Numbered from the stretch's first letter, positions 25,110 through 35,526 are shown. The stretch: DNA of 37,165 nt from Methanomicrobiaceae archaeon (GCA_032250645.1 JAVVFN010000001.1:1-37165), one strand, 5' to 3'. Notes: generated by a model from the letters alone, not told the origin. Program-made: numbers and translations.

Positions 25110-25829
25110 GTGCAGCTGACCCTGCTTGGTTCCGGTGATGCAATCGGCACGCCCAAGATCGGGTGTGTCTGTGATCAGTGCAACCGGGCTTTCCGCGAGG
25201 GACGCCAGCGGCTCAGGACTTCGCTTCTCGTGCAGTCAGACGGAAAGAGCGTGCTCATCGACACTTCACCCGATCTCCGCCAGCAGCTCCTCGCCATCGG
25301 GGCCCCCCCCATCGACGCCGTGCTCTGGACCCACGGCCATTATGATCATTTTGCCGGGTATTCAGAATTTTACCGGGTCCAGAAGCTCCCTCCTGCCCTT
25401 GCGGTGCCTGAGGTGATCAGTTATGTCAGGGACCAGCTCCATTTCATGCCCATTCCCGGGTGCCCCAGAAAGCAGTATGAACCATTCTCCCTTTTCGGGG
25501 TGAATTACACGTTCTTTACCGTGAATCACCCTCCGATCCCTTCTTTTGGCGTCTGCATTGAGTATAAAAGTGCAAAGATCGTATTTACCGGCGATACGCG
25601 CAGAGATATCCCGGAGGCGAGCATGGATCTCATCCATGGCCCTGACCTGCTCTTTGCAGATGCCATCGTTCCTGGCGGGATCTCCATCGGGAAGCACATG
25701 AACTATGAAGATGCATGCGACCTTGCGAGAGTCCTGGGGGCGGAAGAGCTCCGGTGCGTACATATGAGCCACCTCATCCCGTGGGACATGCCCGATTGCG
25801 GGATGGACGGCGAGAAATTTACATTCTGA
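25110..25829 (+). CDS. Metallo-beta-lactamase-fold hydrolase (PhnP/PqqB-like, with CxCxxC motif)
   Basis: LLGSGDAIGTPKIGCVCDQC N-terminal Cys motif, WTHGHYDHFAG (HxHxDH), and a later GDT/HMSH. GTG start 4 nt after the AAA gene stop. Confidence 0.8.
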   Translation: MQLTLLGSGDAIGTPKIGCVCDQCNRAFREGRQRLRTSLLVQSDGKSVLIDTSPDLRQQLLAIGAPPIDAVLWTHGHYDHFAGYSEFYRVQKLPPALAVPEVISYVRDQLHFMPIPGCPRKQYEPFSLFGVNYTFFTVNHPPIPSFGVCIEYKSAKIVFTGDTRRDIPEASMDLIHGPDLLFADAIVPGGISIGKHMNYEDACDLARVLGAEELRCVHMSHLIPWDMPDCGMDGEKFTF

Positions 25830-25876
25830 GGACCCGATATTTATATGGCACCGCGGTCCCCATCATAATGGTGCAT

Positions 25877-26143
25877 ATGGAAGTCAAGGTTCTCGAGCTT
25901 ACACCGGACAAGGTGCGAATGGTCTTTGTGGGGGAGGGCCACACGTTCATGAACGTGCTTACCGACGAGCTATTGAAGGATCCGGGAGTGGACGTCGCAC
26001 GCTATATCAGGGAATTCCAGTTCTCTGACCCGGAGCTGCGGGTAACCACCACCGGCGACCGTCATGCCGTCGATGCGGTACGGGATGCCTGCAAGCGTAT
26101 CGCCGGACACTGCGACGAACTGCTCACTCAGCTCTCTCACTAA
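25877..26143 (+). CDS. rpoL: DNA-directed RNA polymerase subunit L (Rpo11)
   Basis: MEVKVLELTPDKVRMVFVGEGHTFMNVLTDELLKDPGVDVARY... matches the RpoL/Rpb11 pattern and size. An alternative ATG lies at 25868. Confidence 0.8.
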   Translation: MEVKVLELTPDKVRMVFVGEGHTFMNVLTDELLKDPGVDVARYIREFQFSDPELRVTTTGDRHAVDAVRDACKRIAGHCDELLTQLSH

Positions 26144-26149
26144 AGGTTC

Positions 26150-26725
26150 ATGCCCCGGGATCCAGAAGAGTTTGACTGGATTTCCCGGACCATTTTTGGA
26201 CCGATCTCCCCTGTCATCGCCCGCCACCTGCGGGACCTGGCCGGGATTTCTGGCGGTGTTGCGCTCGATATCGGTACAGGTCCCGGGCTCCTCGCCGTTG
26301 CCCTTTCAAAAACGGGGAACTTTTCAGTCCTTGCCTCGATTCCGACTGCTCCATGCTGAAGGTCGCACGGCGCAATGCAAAGGACTCCGGGTGCGGAGGC
26401 GCGGTCCTGCCGGTGGGGGGACGTCCATCATCTGCCCCCTTGCAGTGCCACCATCGACCTCGTGGTCAGCCGGGGCTCGATCTATTTTGGGCGGATCATG
26501 CCCGGGCATTCCGGGAAGTAGAGAGGGTGCTTCGTCGCCGGAACTGGAGAAAGAGATTTTCCGCAGGATGCGCAGGATCAATCCTTCCTGGGACGAGGAC
26601 GTGCAGCGCCGCAGGTCCCGGGCGAGTGAGGAGGGATTGAGGGATGCACACAGGCGGGCAGGTGTAAGGAACCATGCCCTGATAAAAGATGGATCGGGAG
26701 TCTGGGGGAGATCCAGAAAAAATGA
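26150..26725 (+). pseudogene. Class I SAM-dependent methyltransferase, disrupted by about five frame changes
   Basis: MTase motifs are spread over three frames. VALDIGTGPGLLAVALSK is in frame 2 and LDSDCSMLKVARRNAKDSG in frame 1. GDVHHLP...IDLVVSRGSIYF is in frame 2 and WADHARAFREVERVL in frame 1. ELEKEIFRRMRRINPSWDEDV...DGSGVW is in frame 0, with a terminal ...EIQKK* in frame 2. Four of the switches coincide with homopolymer runs: a C run near 26334, G6 at 26415-26420, T4 at 26474-26477, and G5 at 26704-26708. Confidence 0.7.
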
Positions 26726-26728
26726 GTA

Positions 26729-27343
26729 TTACTGGACCTTCTCGGTAAATCCGATGGTGCCGGCGATGCGGTTGATCCGGACCCGCACCTCATCACCGGG
26801 CCGGACATTGGGTACATAGAGGGTGTACTTGCCGATCTTGACCACGCCGTCCCCTCGCTTGGAGAGGAACTCTATCTTCACATCAATCTCCGCCCCTTCT
26901 TCCAGCGTGCTTCCCGCCGGCTCGGTCCTGACCCTGCGTTTCTTGACCGGGCGGTGTCCTCCGCAGGCATCGCAGCGGAGAAGGAGTACCCGCCCGTCTT
27001 TCACCAGCCTCGTATCCGGCCTCCCGCACTCGGAGCAGATGACGTAGTCTACCGTGTAGCTCCTGATCGCATTATTGATCATCTCCCTCTCAAACTTCCC
27101 GTTGAATATCGCCCGGTTCCCCTCGATCTTTCCTGCGGTGCCCAGTTCCCCGAGCAGGAACTTCATGAGATGGTCCGGCTCCCGCCGTAAAGTGGAGGCG
27201 ATCTCCGCAAAGTTTTCCAGCACCGTGGTCTTCCCCTCGATAAAGACCCTGGGCTCGGGAATGGAAAACCGCTCGCTCTCGCCGGAGGGCTCGGTGATAT
27301 TGCGATAGGCCTTCTTCAGCAGCGCTTCATATGGATCAACCAT
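26729..27343 (-). CDS. eif2b: Translation initiation factor aIF2 subunit beta with C-terminal TRAM-like domain
   Basis: The core aIF2-beta has the zinc ribbon CSECGRPDT...CDACG. The C-terminal ~60 aa ([46 protein letters not shown]) look like a TRAM beta-barrel. ATG at 27343 is preferred over the TTG at 27364. Confidence 0.85.
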   Translation of the reverse strand: MVDPYEALLKKAYRNITEPSGESERFSIPEPRVFIEGKTTVLENFAEIASTLRREPDHLMKFLLGELGTAGKIEGNRAIFNGKFEREMINNAIRSYTVDYVICSECGRPDTRLVKDGRVLLLRCDACGGHRPVKKRRVRTEPAGSTLEEGAEIDVKIEFLSKRGDGVVKIGKYTLYVPNVRPGDEVRVRINRIAGTIGFTEKVQ

Positions 27344-27498
27344 GTGTATGCATGGGAAGGCCAAGTGTAATAATACTGTGTTGTGGGCATCTCAACCGGA
27401 AAAAGGACGATCCGTGCCTTTCCCTTCGCGAGACGTACCGGCCTTTCCTGACCGCGCATACGCACCCTTTTTAGGATGGGTATCACAGTTGTACACCA

Positions 27499-29568
27499 AT
27501 GGTTTCTGCCCGGGATCTCGCATATCTGGAAGGTGTACTGAAAAGAACTCTGACCAGGCTCGAGATTGCCTGCGTGGACAATCTCTGGAGCGAACACTGC
27601 AGCTACCGGTCCACCCGCGCTCTTTTAAAAACGCTCCCCACGACCGGAGAGAACGTATTGCTCGGTCCTGGCGACGATGCGGCAATCGTCCGCTATTCCG
27701 AGGATATTGCGCTGGCCATCGGCATGGAGAGCCATAACCACCCGAGCTATGTCGACCCCTACGATGGTGCCGCCACCGGGGTGGGCGGGATCGTCCGTGA
27801 TGTCCTCTCGATGGGTGCACGTCCCATCGCGCTCATGGATCCCCTCTATTTCGGCCCGATTGCGGGTGAGAAGAACCGGTACCTCTTCGAGCATGTGGTG
27901 AGCGGTATCGGGGATTATGGCAACTGTATCGGCGTGCCCGTGGTCCGGGGGGAACTCGTATTTGACGAGGGTTACGCGGGGAATCCCCTGGTCAACGTGG
28001 TCTGCATCGGGGTGGTGCACCCGGACCGCTACCTTACCGCCAGGGTGAAGCGCCCGGGGAGCAGCCTCGTCCTTGTCGGGTCGTCCACAGGAAGGGACGG
28101 GCTTGGAGGAGCCTCCTTTGCTTCACGGGACCTCTGTGAAAACGCCGAGGCTGCAGACCGCCCCAGTGTCCAGATAGGTGACCCGTTCACGGAAAAACTC
28201 CTCATCGAGGCAATTTTGGAGATGGCAGAGACCGGGAAGGTGCTCTCCTGCCGCGACCTCGGCGCTGCGGGCCTTGCCGGCGCCTCGAGCGAGATGAGCA
28301 GCACATTTGGGGCAAGGATCGCGGCGGACCACGTGCACCAGCGTGAACCGGGGATGAACGAGGTCGAGATCATGCTTGCAGAGTCCCAGGAGCGGATGCT
28401 TCTCGAGGTGGCCCCCCGGGACGTCGCCCTGATCGGGAGGATCGCGGAGAAGTACGATCTTGCATGGCGCGAGATCGGGGAGGTGATCGACGAGCACCGG
28501 TATATCATCACCTTCCATGGCGAGGTGGTGTGTGATCTCCCCATTGATCTTCTGGTCGGCGGAGCGCCAGAGGAAGCATGGGAGATGCGCCCCTATAGTG
28601 CAGAGACGCCCTATTCGCCTCCGGACCTCCCGCTCACCGATCTTGCCCTGATGGTGCTTTCCCATCCTGATGTGGCAGATAAATCCTGGGTCTCCCGTCA
28701 ATATGATCACGATGTGCAGGTGCGTTCTGTCTCCCTCGGGGGGGATGCCGCGGTCCTCCGGCTCGGAGATGGAGCCCTTGTGCTCTCGTGCGGGTGTAGC
28801 CCGCGCCAGATCTCGTTGCGCCCTTACGAGGGGACTTGGAACAGCGTCCTCGAGAATGCGTGCAACCTCGCCTGTGCGGGGGCTATCCCCCTGTGCATCG
28901 TGAACTGTCTCAATTTTGCAAGCCCCGTTCACCCGGAGATCTACTGGCAGATCTCAGAATGCGTGCGCGGAATGGGTGATGCGGCCCGCGGAATCGGCGC
29001 ACCGGTGGTGGGAGGCAATGTCTCCCTCTACAACGAGAGTGACGAGTTCGCAACGCAGATCAGGCCCACCCCTTCCATCGGCATGGTGGGGAAGGGCGCG
29101 GTCACGAAAAGGTCGCGTCCAGAAGAGGGAGACCTTCTCGCGCTGGTGGGAATCACGGCACCTGAGTTGGGAGGGTCGGTGCTGGATGCGGTGACCGGGT
29201 GCGGCGGCAGGGCCCCGGCAAAGGGAGACGCAGCTCTCGTGGAAGCGGTCCGGGGCATGGTGGAAAGGGGGTCGGTGAAGGCGGTAACCGATCTCTCCTG
29301 CGGGGGCCTTCTCTCCGCACTCGCCCGGTTTGCGCCCGCCTCTTCGGTGACCATCGAAGGAGACCCGGTCATCGGGCTCTTCTCAGAGAGCGCTGCCCGG
29401 TTCCTCGTCTCGGTCAAGGATCAACACACGCTCCGCGAGGTGCCGCACTGCGTGATTGGCGAGGTAGGCGGGGATTCGCTCACCATCCGTGCAGGAAAGC
29501 AGCAACTCCTCCTCTCACGCGAAGAGATCGAGAGGGCGCTCTCTGCCACCACCCGGATGATGCACTAC

Positions 29569-29571
<3 letters not shown>
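27499..29571 (+). CDS. purL: Phosphoribosylformylglycinamidine synthase subunit PurL
   Basis: 690 aa. WSEHCSYRS, ESHNHPS, GNCIGVP and the duplicated AIR-synthase-like domains are typical of small PurL. Confidence 0.92.
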
Positions 29572-30617
<1,046 letters not shown>

Positions 30618-30698
30618 TTACCAGATTGAAAAAGTACATCCGAAACTTTTCCTTTGTCGAAAATAAAAAACTGATTACATATATTGAGAGGTTCTGGA

Positions 30699-31658
30699 AT
30701 GGATTTACCTGATACCCAATCCACTCTGCCGGACATCCAGATCAATCTGACGCGGGTAGGGGTGCGGAATGTACAGAAACTCGTGGAAGTGGCACGGCCG
30801 GGCAAGCGACCGGTCATCTTCATCTCCAAATTCGATGTCTTTGTCGACCTCCCCAGCCGCCTCAAGGGAGCGAACCTGTCGAGGAACTTCGAGGTCATCG
30901 ACGAAGTTCTGCAGAATGCCATCGAAGGGCAGGTGGTGGGGATAGAGGAGGTCTGCACGGAGGTGGCGAGAAAGCTCCTCGATCACCACGAGTACGCGGA
31001 CAGGACCGAGGTGGACATGCGAAGTCTGTACATGGTCAAACGGGAGACTCCCATCTCGGGAACGACCTGCCATGAAGTGGTGAAGGTGGTGGCACGGGCG
31101 ATCGCCCAGCGGCATATGCCCCATCCCATCATCAGGAAGAGCATCGGTGCAGAGGTGACCGGAATGACCGCATGCCCGTGTGCCCAGAATATCATGAAGG
31201 AGATTGCCACGGCCGAACTGCAGCGGCTGGACGTGGATAAGGATAAGATTCAGTCGTTCCTTGATGTGGTCCCGATGGCCACCCATAACCAGCGGGGACG
31301 GGGGTTCCTCTGCATCGAGACCGATGACGACCAGCACGTGAAACTGGAGAAGATCATCGACATCCTCAAGCACTCGATGAGCGCGCAGATCTACGAGCTG
31401 TTGAAAAGGGGCGATGAGAGCCACGTGGTGTACAGTGCCCACATGAACGCCCGGTTCGTGGAGGATTGTGTCCGGGAGATGGCAAAGCGGGTGATCTCTG
31501 AGTTTTCGGAACTTCCCGGGGACTCGCTCGTCACCATCAAACAGACCAATGAGGAGAGCATCCACCAACATGACGCGTACGCCGAACGGAAGGCAACGAT
31601 CGCCGAGCTGATGGCAGAACTTGCAGAAATATCCTCTGAAAACGGCAGGCACCTCTGA
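30699..31658 (+). CDS. mptA: GTP cyclohydrolase MptA (FolE2/GCYH-IV family, methanopterin biosynthesis)
   Basis: MDLPDTQ...PDIQINLTRVGV start pattern, GMTACPCAQ metal-binding motif, and ATHNQRG. ATG at 30699 is preferred over the listed TTG at 30684. Confidence 0.85.
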   Translation: MDLPDTQSTLPDIQINLTRVGVRNVQKLVEVARPGKRPVIFISKFDVFVDLPSRLKGANLSRNFEVIDEVLQNAIEGQVVGIEEVCTEVARKLLDHHEYADRTEVDMRSLYMVKRETPISGTTCHEVVKVVARAIAQRHMPHPIIRKSIGAEVTGMTACPCAQNIMKEIATAELQRLDVDKDKIQSFLDVVPMATHNQRGRGFLCIETDDDQHVKLEKIIDILKHSMSAQIYELLKRGDESHVVYSAHMNARFVEDCVREMAKRVISEFSELPGDSLVTIKQTNEESIHQHDAYAERKATIAELMAELAEISSENGRHL

Positions 31659-31664
31659 ATATCC

Positions 31665-31670
31665 TTTTTT
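31665..31670 (+). terminator. Oligo-T tract after mptA
   Basis: T6 begins 7 nt after the TGA at 31656-31658. Confidence 0.35.
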
Positions 31671-31851
31671 AATGGCATAATCTGCGATCGTTACGGGCAA
31701 TGCCGCGCAGCGGGGTTATAGCAAAGATATTTTCTACATCCTCAACCTAGTCATTTCTGTATACGCAAGTTCTCACAAATGCGTATGAAATTGCGTGTGA
31801 AAAGTGTGTTTGTAACGCCATTTGAACAATGTAAGAAATGAGGCGATAATA

Positions 31852-33219
31852 TTGTCAAAAGTTGTAGAGATTTCCCCAACCACAAGGCATGAGGGGCACT
31901 CGAAACTCGTTCTCAAGGTAAATGACGAGGGCATCGTCGAACGTGGAGACTGGCTCTCCATCACACCTGTTCGAGGTGTCGAGAAACTTGCCGTCGGAAA
32001 GTCGATGGAACAGGTGCCCAAGATTGCCTCCCGTGTGTGCGGTATCTGTCCAATCGCACATACCCTCGCCGCAACAGAAGCGATGGAGGCATCTATCTGC
32101 TGCGAGATTCCCGAGGACGCCTATCTGCTCAGGTACATCCTGCAGTGCGCAAACAGATTGCACAGCATTGCCCTGCATAACATCCTCTCATTGCCTGACA
32201 TGTACATCCCGGGAACGGACACAAAGATCAACCCGTTCACCCCGGAAGAGCCGGTGAGGACCGTAGCAAAGCGGATCCAGAGGCTCCGGTACATCGGCCA
32301 GACGGTCGGAGAGATTGTAGGAGGAGAGTGCATCCACCCGAGCAATACACGGGTAGGCGGGATGTACAAGAACCTCAATCCGCGTGCCAAGCAGAAGTGC
32401 CTCGACCTTGTCAAGGAGGGCGAGACGCTTGCCCGTGATCAGGCCGAGTTCATGATCGCGGTCTTCCGGAATTTCCAGAACCGTGAATGGACCGACGTGG
32501 GCGGCACACAGGTTCCCATTCCTGATACGCTCGGATACCACAACCAGGGATACATGGCGGTTGCACCGGTCTACGGATCATCCAGCCTTGATGCGAACCC
32601 CACCTGGTTCCCGGAGCGCTGGGTCGAGGTCCGGCCCTGGGACTGGTATATGGGAGAGATGGAGATCACACTGGACGACCCGAGCTACCCGATTGGCGGC
32701 ACCACGCCTGCCGGGAACAAGGCATATCCCAAGATGGAGGCCTGCACCGGCGTTCCCCTGTATGACGGGCAGCCGGTCGAGGTCGGGCCTCGCGCACGGC
32801 TGGTGACCTTCAGGAACTATGATGAGAAGGGGGCCATGGGCCTTCAGATCGCACGCCAGATGGAATTCCCCGAGACCTGCTATGGCATGGAGGAAGCGCT
32901 CGATGCCCTCAACACGTCCGGGCAGGTCCTTGCTGACGAGATCCCGCAGGGAGACGGCACACTTGGATGGGCCGCGAACGAAGCCCCCCGTGGAACCGAC
33001 GTCCACCTTGCCAAGGTGAAGGACGGCCGCGTCCAGTGGTACTCAATGCTGGTCCCGACCACGTGGAACTTCCCCACCTGCAGCCGGGCACTCACTGGTG
33101 CACCATGGCAGATTGCAGAGATAGTGATGCGGGCATATGACCCGTGCGTATCCTGTGCAACCCACATGCTGGTGGTCGACGAAGATAAGAGGATAGTGGC
33201 CCAGAAACTCATTCAGTGA
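31852..33219 (+). CDS. frhA: F420-reducing [NiFe] hydrogenase, alpha (large) subunit
   Basis: (M)SKVVEISPTTRHEGH N-terminus. NiFe ligand motifs are RVCGICPIAH (N-terminal) and DPCVSCATH (C-terminal), followed by a short protease-cleaved extension. The TTG start at 31852 is preceded by GAGG 8 nt upstream; the listed start at 31822 is also TTG. Confidence 0.92.
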   Translation: MSKVVEISPTTRHEGHSKLVLKVNDEGIVERGDWLSITPVRGVEKLAVGKSMEQVPKIASRVCGICPIAHTLAATEAMEASICCEIPEDAYLLRYILQCANRLHSIALHNILSLPDMYIPGTDTKINPFTPEEPVRTVAKRIQRLRYIGQTVGEIVGGECIHPSNTRVGGMYKNLNPRAKQKCLDLVKEGETLARDQAEFMIAVFRNFQNREWTDVGGTQVPIPDTLGYHNQGYMAVAPVYGSSSLDANPTWFPERWVEVRPWDWYMGEMEITLDDPSYPIGGTTPAGNKAYPKMEACTGVPLYDGQPVEVGPRARLVTFRNYDEKGAMGLQIARQMEFPETCYGMEEALDALNTSGQVLADEIPQGDGTLGWAANEAPRGTDVHLAKVKDGRVQWYSMLVPTTWNFPTCSRALTGAPWQIAEIVMRAYDPCVSCATHMLVVDEDKRIVAQKLIQ

Positions 33220-33227
33220 GCGATACG

Positions 33228-33794
33228 ATGCTGTACCCCGAGATCGTGATTGCAGGTTGCGGAAACCCCCTCTTTGCAGATGACGGGTTTGGACCTGCAG
33301 TGATTGAGGAACTCAACGCTCTGCAACTTCCCGAGAATGTGAAGGCAGTGGACGCCGGGCTCGGCGGTCCCCACTTCATCTTCACGCTGCTCGATCCGGA
33401 TGTCACGAAAAAACTGATCATCCTTGATATCGCGGAATTTGGCGAAGTGCCCGGGAGTCTCGTGCGGCTATCGGTCGACGACCTCCCGCAGGGCAGCTAC
33501 AGGGATGCGCACTCATGGGATCTCATGGAACCATTGCAGCGCCTGAAGGACTCGATGGAAATCATCATCCTCGGATGTCAGCCAAAGCATGTATCGGCGC
33601 CTGATATGGAAATAGGCATCACTGAGGAGGTTTTAATGGCCATTCCCAAGGCAGTACAGTTTGTACTTAGAGAAATTGGGGTGGAAAATGGGACTGCTAT
33701 CAAAACTCAAGAAGATCATTCTGGGAGAGCCGCAGGAGAAAGGGGTATCCAGAAAACCGACCGAAAAACCGGCGGAAAAATCGGTACCTGCTAG
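33228..33794 (+). CDS. frhD: F420-hydrogenase maturation endopeptidase FrhD
   Basis: IVIAGCGNPLFADDGFGPAV is typical of the HycI/HybD-like protease family. An alternative GTG at 33216 overlaps the frhA stop. The last ~35 aa are low-complexity and overlap the alternative frhG frame. Confidence 0.85.
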   Translation: MLYPEIVIAGCGNPLFADDGFGPAVIEELNALQLPENVKAVDAGLGGPHFIFTLLDPDVTKKLIILDIAEFGEVPGSLVRLSVDDLPQGSYRDAHSWDLMEPLQRLKDSMEIIILGCQPKHVSAPDMEIGITEEVLMAIPKAVQFVLREIGVENGTAIKTQEDHSGRAAGERGIQKTDRKTGGKIGTC

Positions 33795-33867
33795 GAAACC
33801 TGCAGCAAAACCGGGTGATGTTAAAATTGAACAAAAGGTGGAAATCCAAGGAAAGGAGGAAAAGCCT

Positions 33868-34656
33868 GTGGCTGAAAAAATTACAGCAGGACACGTGCAC
33901 CTGAGTGGATGTACCGGGTGTGAGGTGGCAATTGCTGATACGTATGAAGGGCTCTTCAAGCTTCTTGACGACTATGTGGACTGGGTATATGACCTGACCT
34001 TAGCGGACGTACGTCACGTTCCTGAGATGGACGTTGCGTTTGTCGAGGGATCATGCTGCCTCCAGGACAAGCTCTCTGTCGAGGAACTTAAGGAGACCCG
34101 GGAAAAAGCGAAGATTGTTGTAGCACTCGGCGGATGTGCTGCATACGGGAATATTACTCGTTTCTGCCGCGGCGGTCAGTGGAACCAGCCGCAGCATGAG
34201 TCATTTGTACCGATCGCGGACCTGATCGATGTCGATCTCTTCATTCCCGGTTGTGCGCCCACACCGCAGCAGATCAGGAATGCCGCAGTCGCGGCATACC
34301 TGCTGCTAAAAGGGACCGATGAGCAGAAGGAGCTTGCAACCTCGTACCTCAAGCCCCTTATGGACCTTGCGAAGCGGGGCAGCGATCCTGGCCGGAGCAG
34401 CGATGCCTGCGGGTGCGACCTCATGTACGATGTGGTCAACCAGGGTCTCTGCATGGGCTGCGGTACATGCGCGGCATCCTGTCCGGTCCGTGCCATCGGT
34501 ATGGAATATGGCAAGCCCCAGATTGACCGTGACCTCTGCGTCAAATGCGGGGCATGCTATGCCCAGTGTCCGCGCAGCTTCTTCAATGTCGATGTGATCA
34601 ACGAATACGAGGGGATCATGGAATTGATCGATGCTGCAATGGGAGCAGGGGAGTGA
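33868..34656 (+). CDS. frhG: F420-reducing hydrogenase, gamma (small, FeS) subunit (conservative GTG start; a possible longer form starts at ATG 33688)
   Basis: (M)AEKITAGHVHLSGCTGCEV proximal cluster motif, GGCAAYG, PGCAPTP, and a C-terminal 2x[4Fe-4S] ferredoxin CMGCGTCAASCP / CVKCGACYAQCP. The GTG at 33868 is preceded by GGAGG with 8-nt spacing. The same frame is open back to ATG 33688. Confidence 0.88.
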   Translation: MAEKITAGHVHLSGCTGCEVAIADTYEGLFKLLDDYVDWVYDLTLADVRHVPEMDVAFVEGSCCLQDKLSVEELKETREKAKIVVALGGCAAYGNITRFCRGGQWNQPQHESFVPIADLIDVDLFIPGCAPTPQQIRNAAVAAYLLLKGTDEQKELATSYLKPLMDLAKRGSDPGRSSDACGCDLMYDVVNQGLCMGCGTCAASCPVRAIGMEYGKPQIDRDLCVKCGACYAQCPRSFFNVDVINEYEGIMELIDAAMGAGE

Positions 34657-34662
34657 TCAATC

Positions 34663-35526
34663 ATGGTACTAGGTAAATACAAGACATGTGTTGCAGCACG
34701 CAGTACTGACCCGTTTATACGGAGCAGGGCACAGGACGGCGGGATCGTCACCCAGCTCTTCGCGTATGCGCTGGAGACGGGCATCATCGAGGGTGCCATC
34801 GTTGCGGGACGCAGTGATGAGCCGTGGAAGCCCGAGCCGGTGGTGGCCACGACCGTGGACGAACTTCTTGCTGCCCAGGGGACCCGGTACAACCTCAGCC
34901 CGAACATGGCGCTCATCAAGGAAGTCACCCGCAGTTACGGGTTTGACAAGGTGGGCATCGTGGGGACGCCGTGCCAGATGCAGGCCTTGAGAAAGGCGCA
35001 GCTCTACCCGGTCGGGCTTCGGGACGTGCCGGACAAGATTGCCCTTGCAATCGGGATCTTCTGCATGGAGAACTTCCCCTACCAGTCGATCGAAACGCTT
35101 GTCGAGGATCACTGCGGTGTGGCGCTGGAGTCGCTTCAGAAGATGGACATCGGCAAAGGCAAGTTCTGGGCATATACCACACGCGGGGAGGTCAAGACCA
35201 TCCCGCTCAAGGAGACGCACAAGTACGAGCAGCCCGGATGCCATGTCTGCCTCGATTATGTGGCCAACCTTGCCGATATCTCGACAGGGTCGGTCGGTAC
35301 TCCTGACGGCTGGAGCACGGTATTCGTGCGTTCCAAGAAAGGGGACTCCATCTGGGCAAAGGCAATCGAAGCCGGATGCTTTGAGACCAAACCCATCGAA
35401 GAGGTTAAACCTGGTCTGGAACTGGTCACCAAGCTGTCAACAGACAAGATTACCAAGAACCAGAAGACCCTCGAGGCGCGTGCGTCCTTCGGTGTCGGAA
35501 AAGGTCTCCGGAACCCCTACCTCTAA
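34663..35526 (+). CDS. frhB: F420-reducing hydrogenase, beta subunit (FAD/F420-binding)
   Basis: AARSTDP..R..AQDGGIVT, VGTPCQ, CH.CLDY...ADIS.GS motifs of the FrhB/FdhB family. Confidence 0.92.
   Translation: MVLGKYKTCVAARSTDPFIRSRAQDGGIVTQLFAYALETGIIEGAIVAGRSDEPWKPEPVVATTVDELLAAQGTRYNLSPNMALIKEVTRSYGFDKVGIVGTPCQMQALRKAQLYPVGLRDVPDKIALAIGIFCMENFPYQSIETLVEDHCGVALESLQKMDIGKGKFWAYTTRGEVKTIPLKETHKYEQPGCHVCLDYVANLADISTGSVGTPDGWSTVFVRSKKGDSIWAKAIEAGCFETKPIEEVKPGLELVTKLSTDKITKNQKTLEARASFGVGKGLRNPYL

Noticed and set aside
25715-25876. Upstream extension of the rpoL ORF (listed start 25715)
   Set aside because: The extension overlaps the 3' end of the MBL gene in another frame and is Arg/Pro-rich. 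The RpoL family N-terminus matches MEVKVLE at 25877.
30705-31700. 331-aa minus-strand ORF
   Set aside because: It is antisense to mptA, which has the CPC metal motif and a family-typical N-terminus. It has no motifs.
31852-33219. Selenocysteine (TGA) recoding in the hydrogenase large subunit, as in Fru-type enzymes
   Set aside because: The C-terminal NiFe motif is encoded as DPCVSCATH with ordinary Cys codons, and there is no in-frame TGA.
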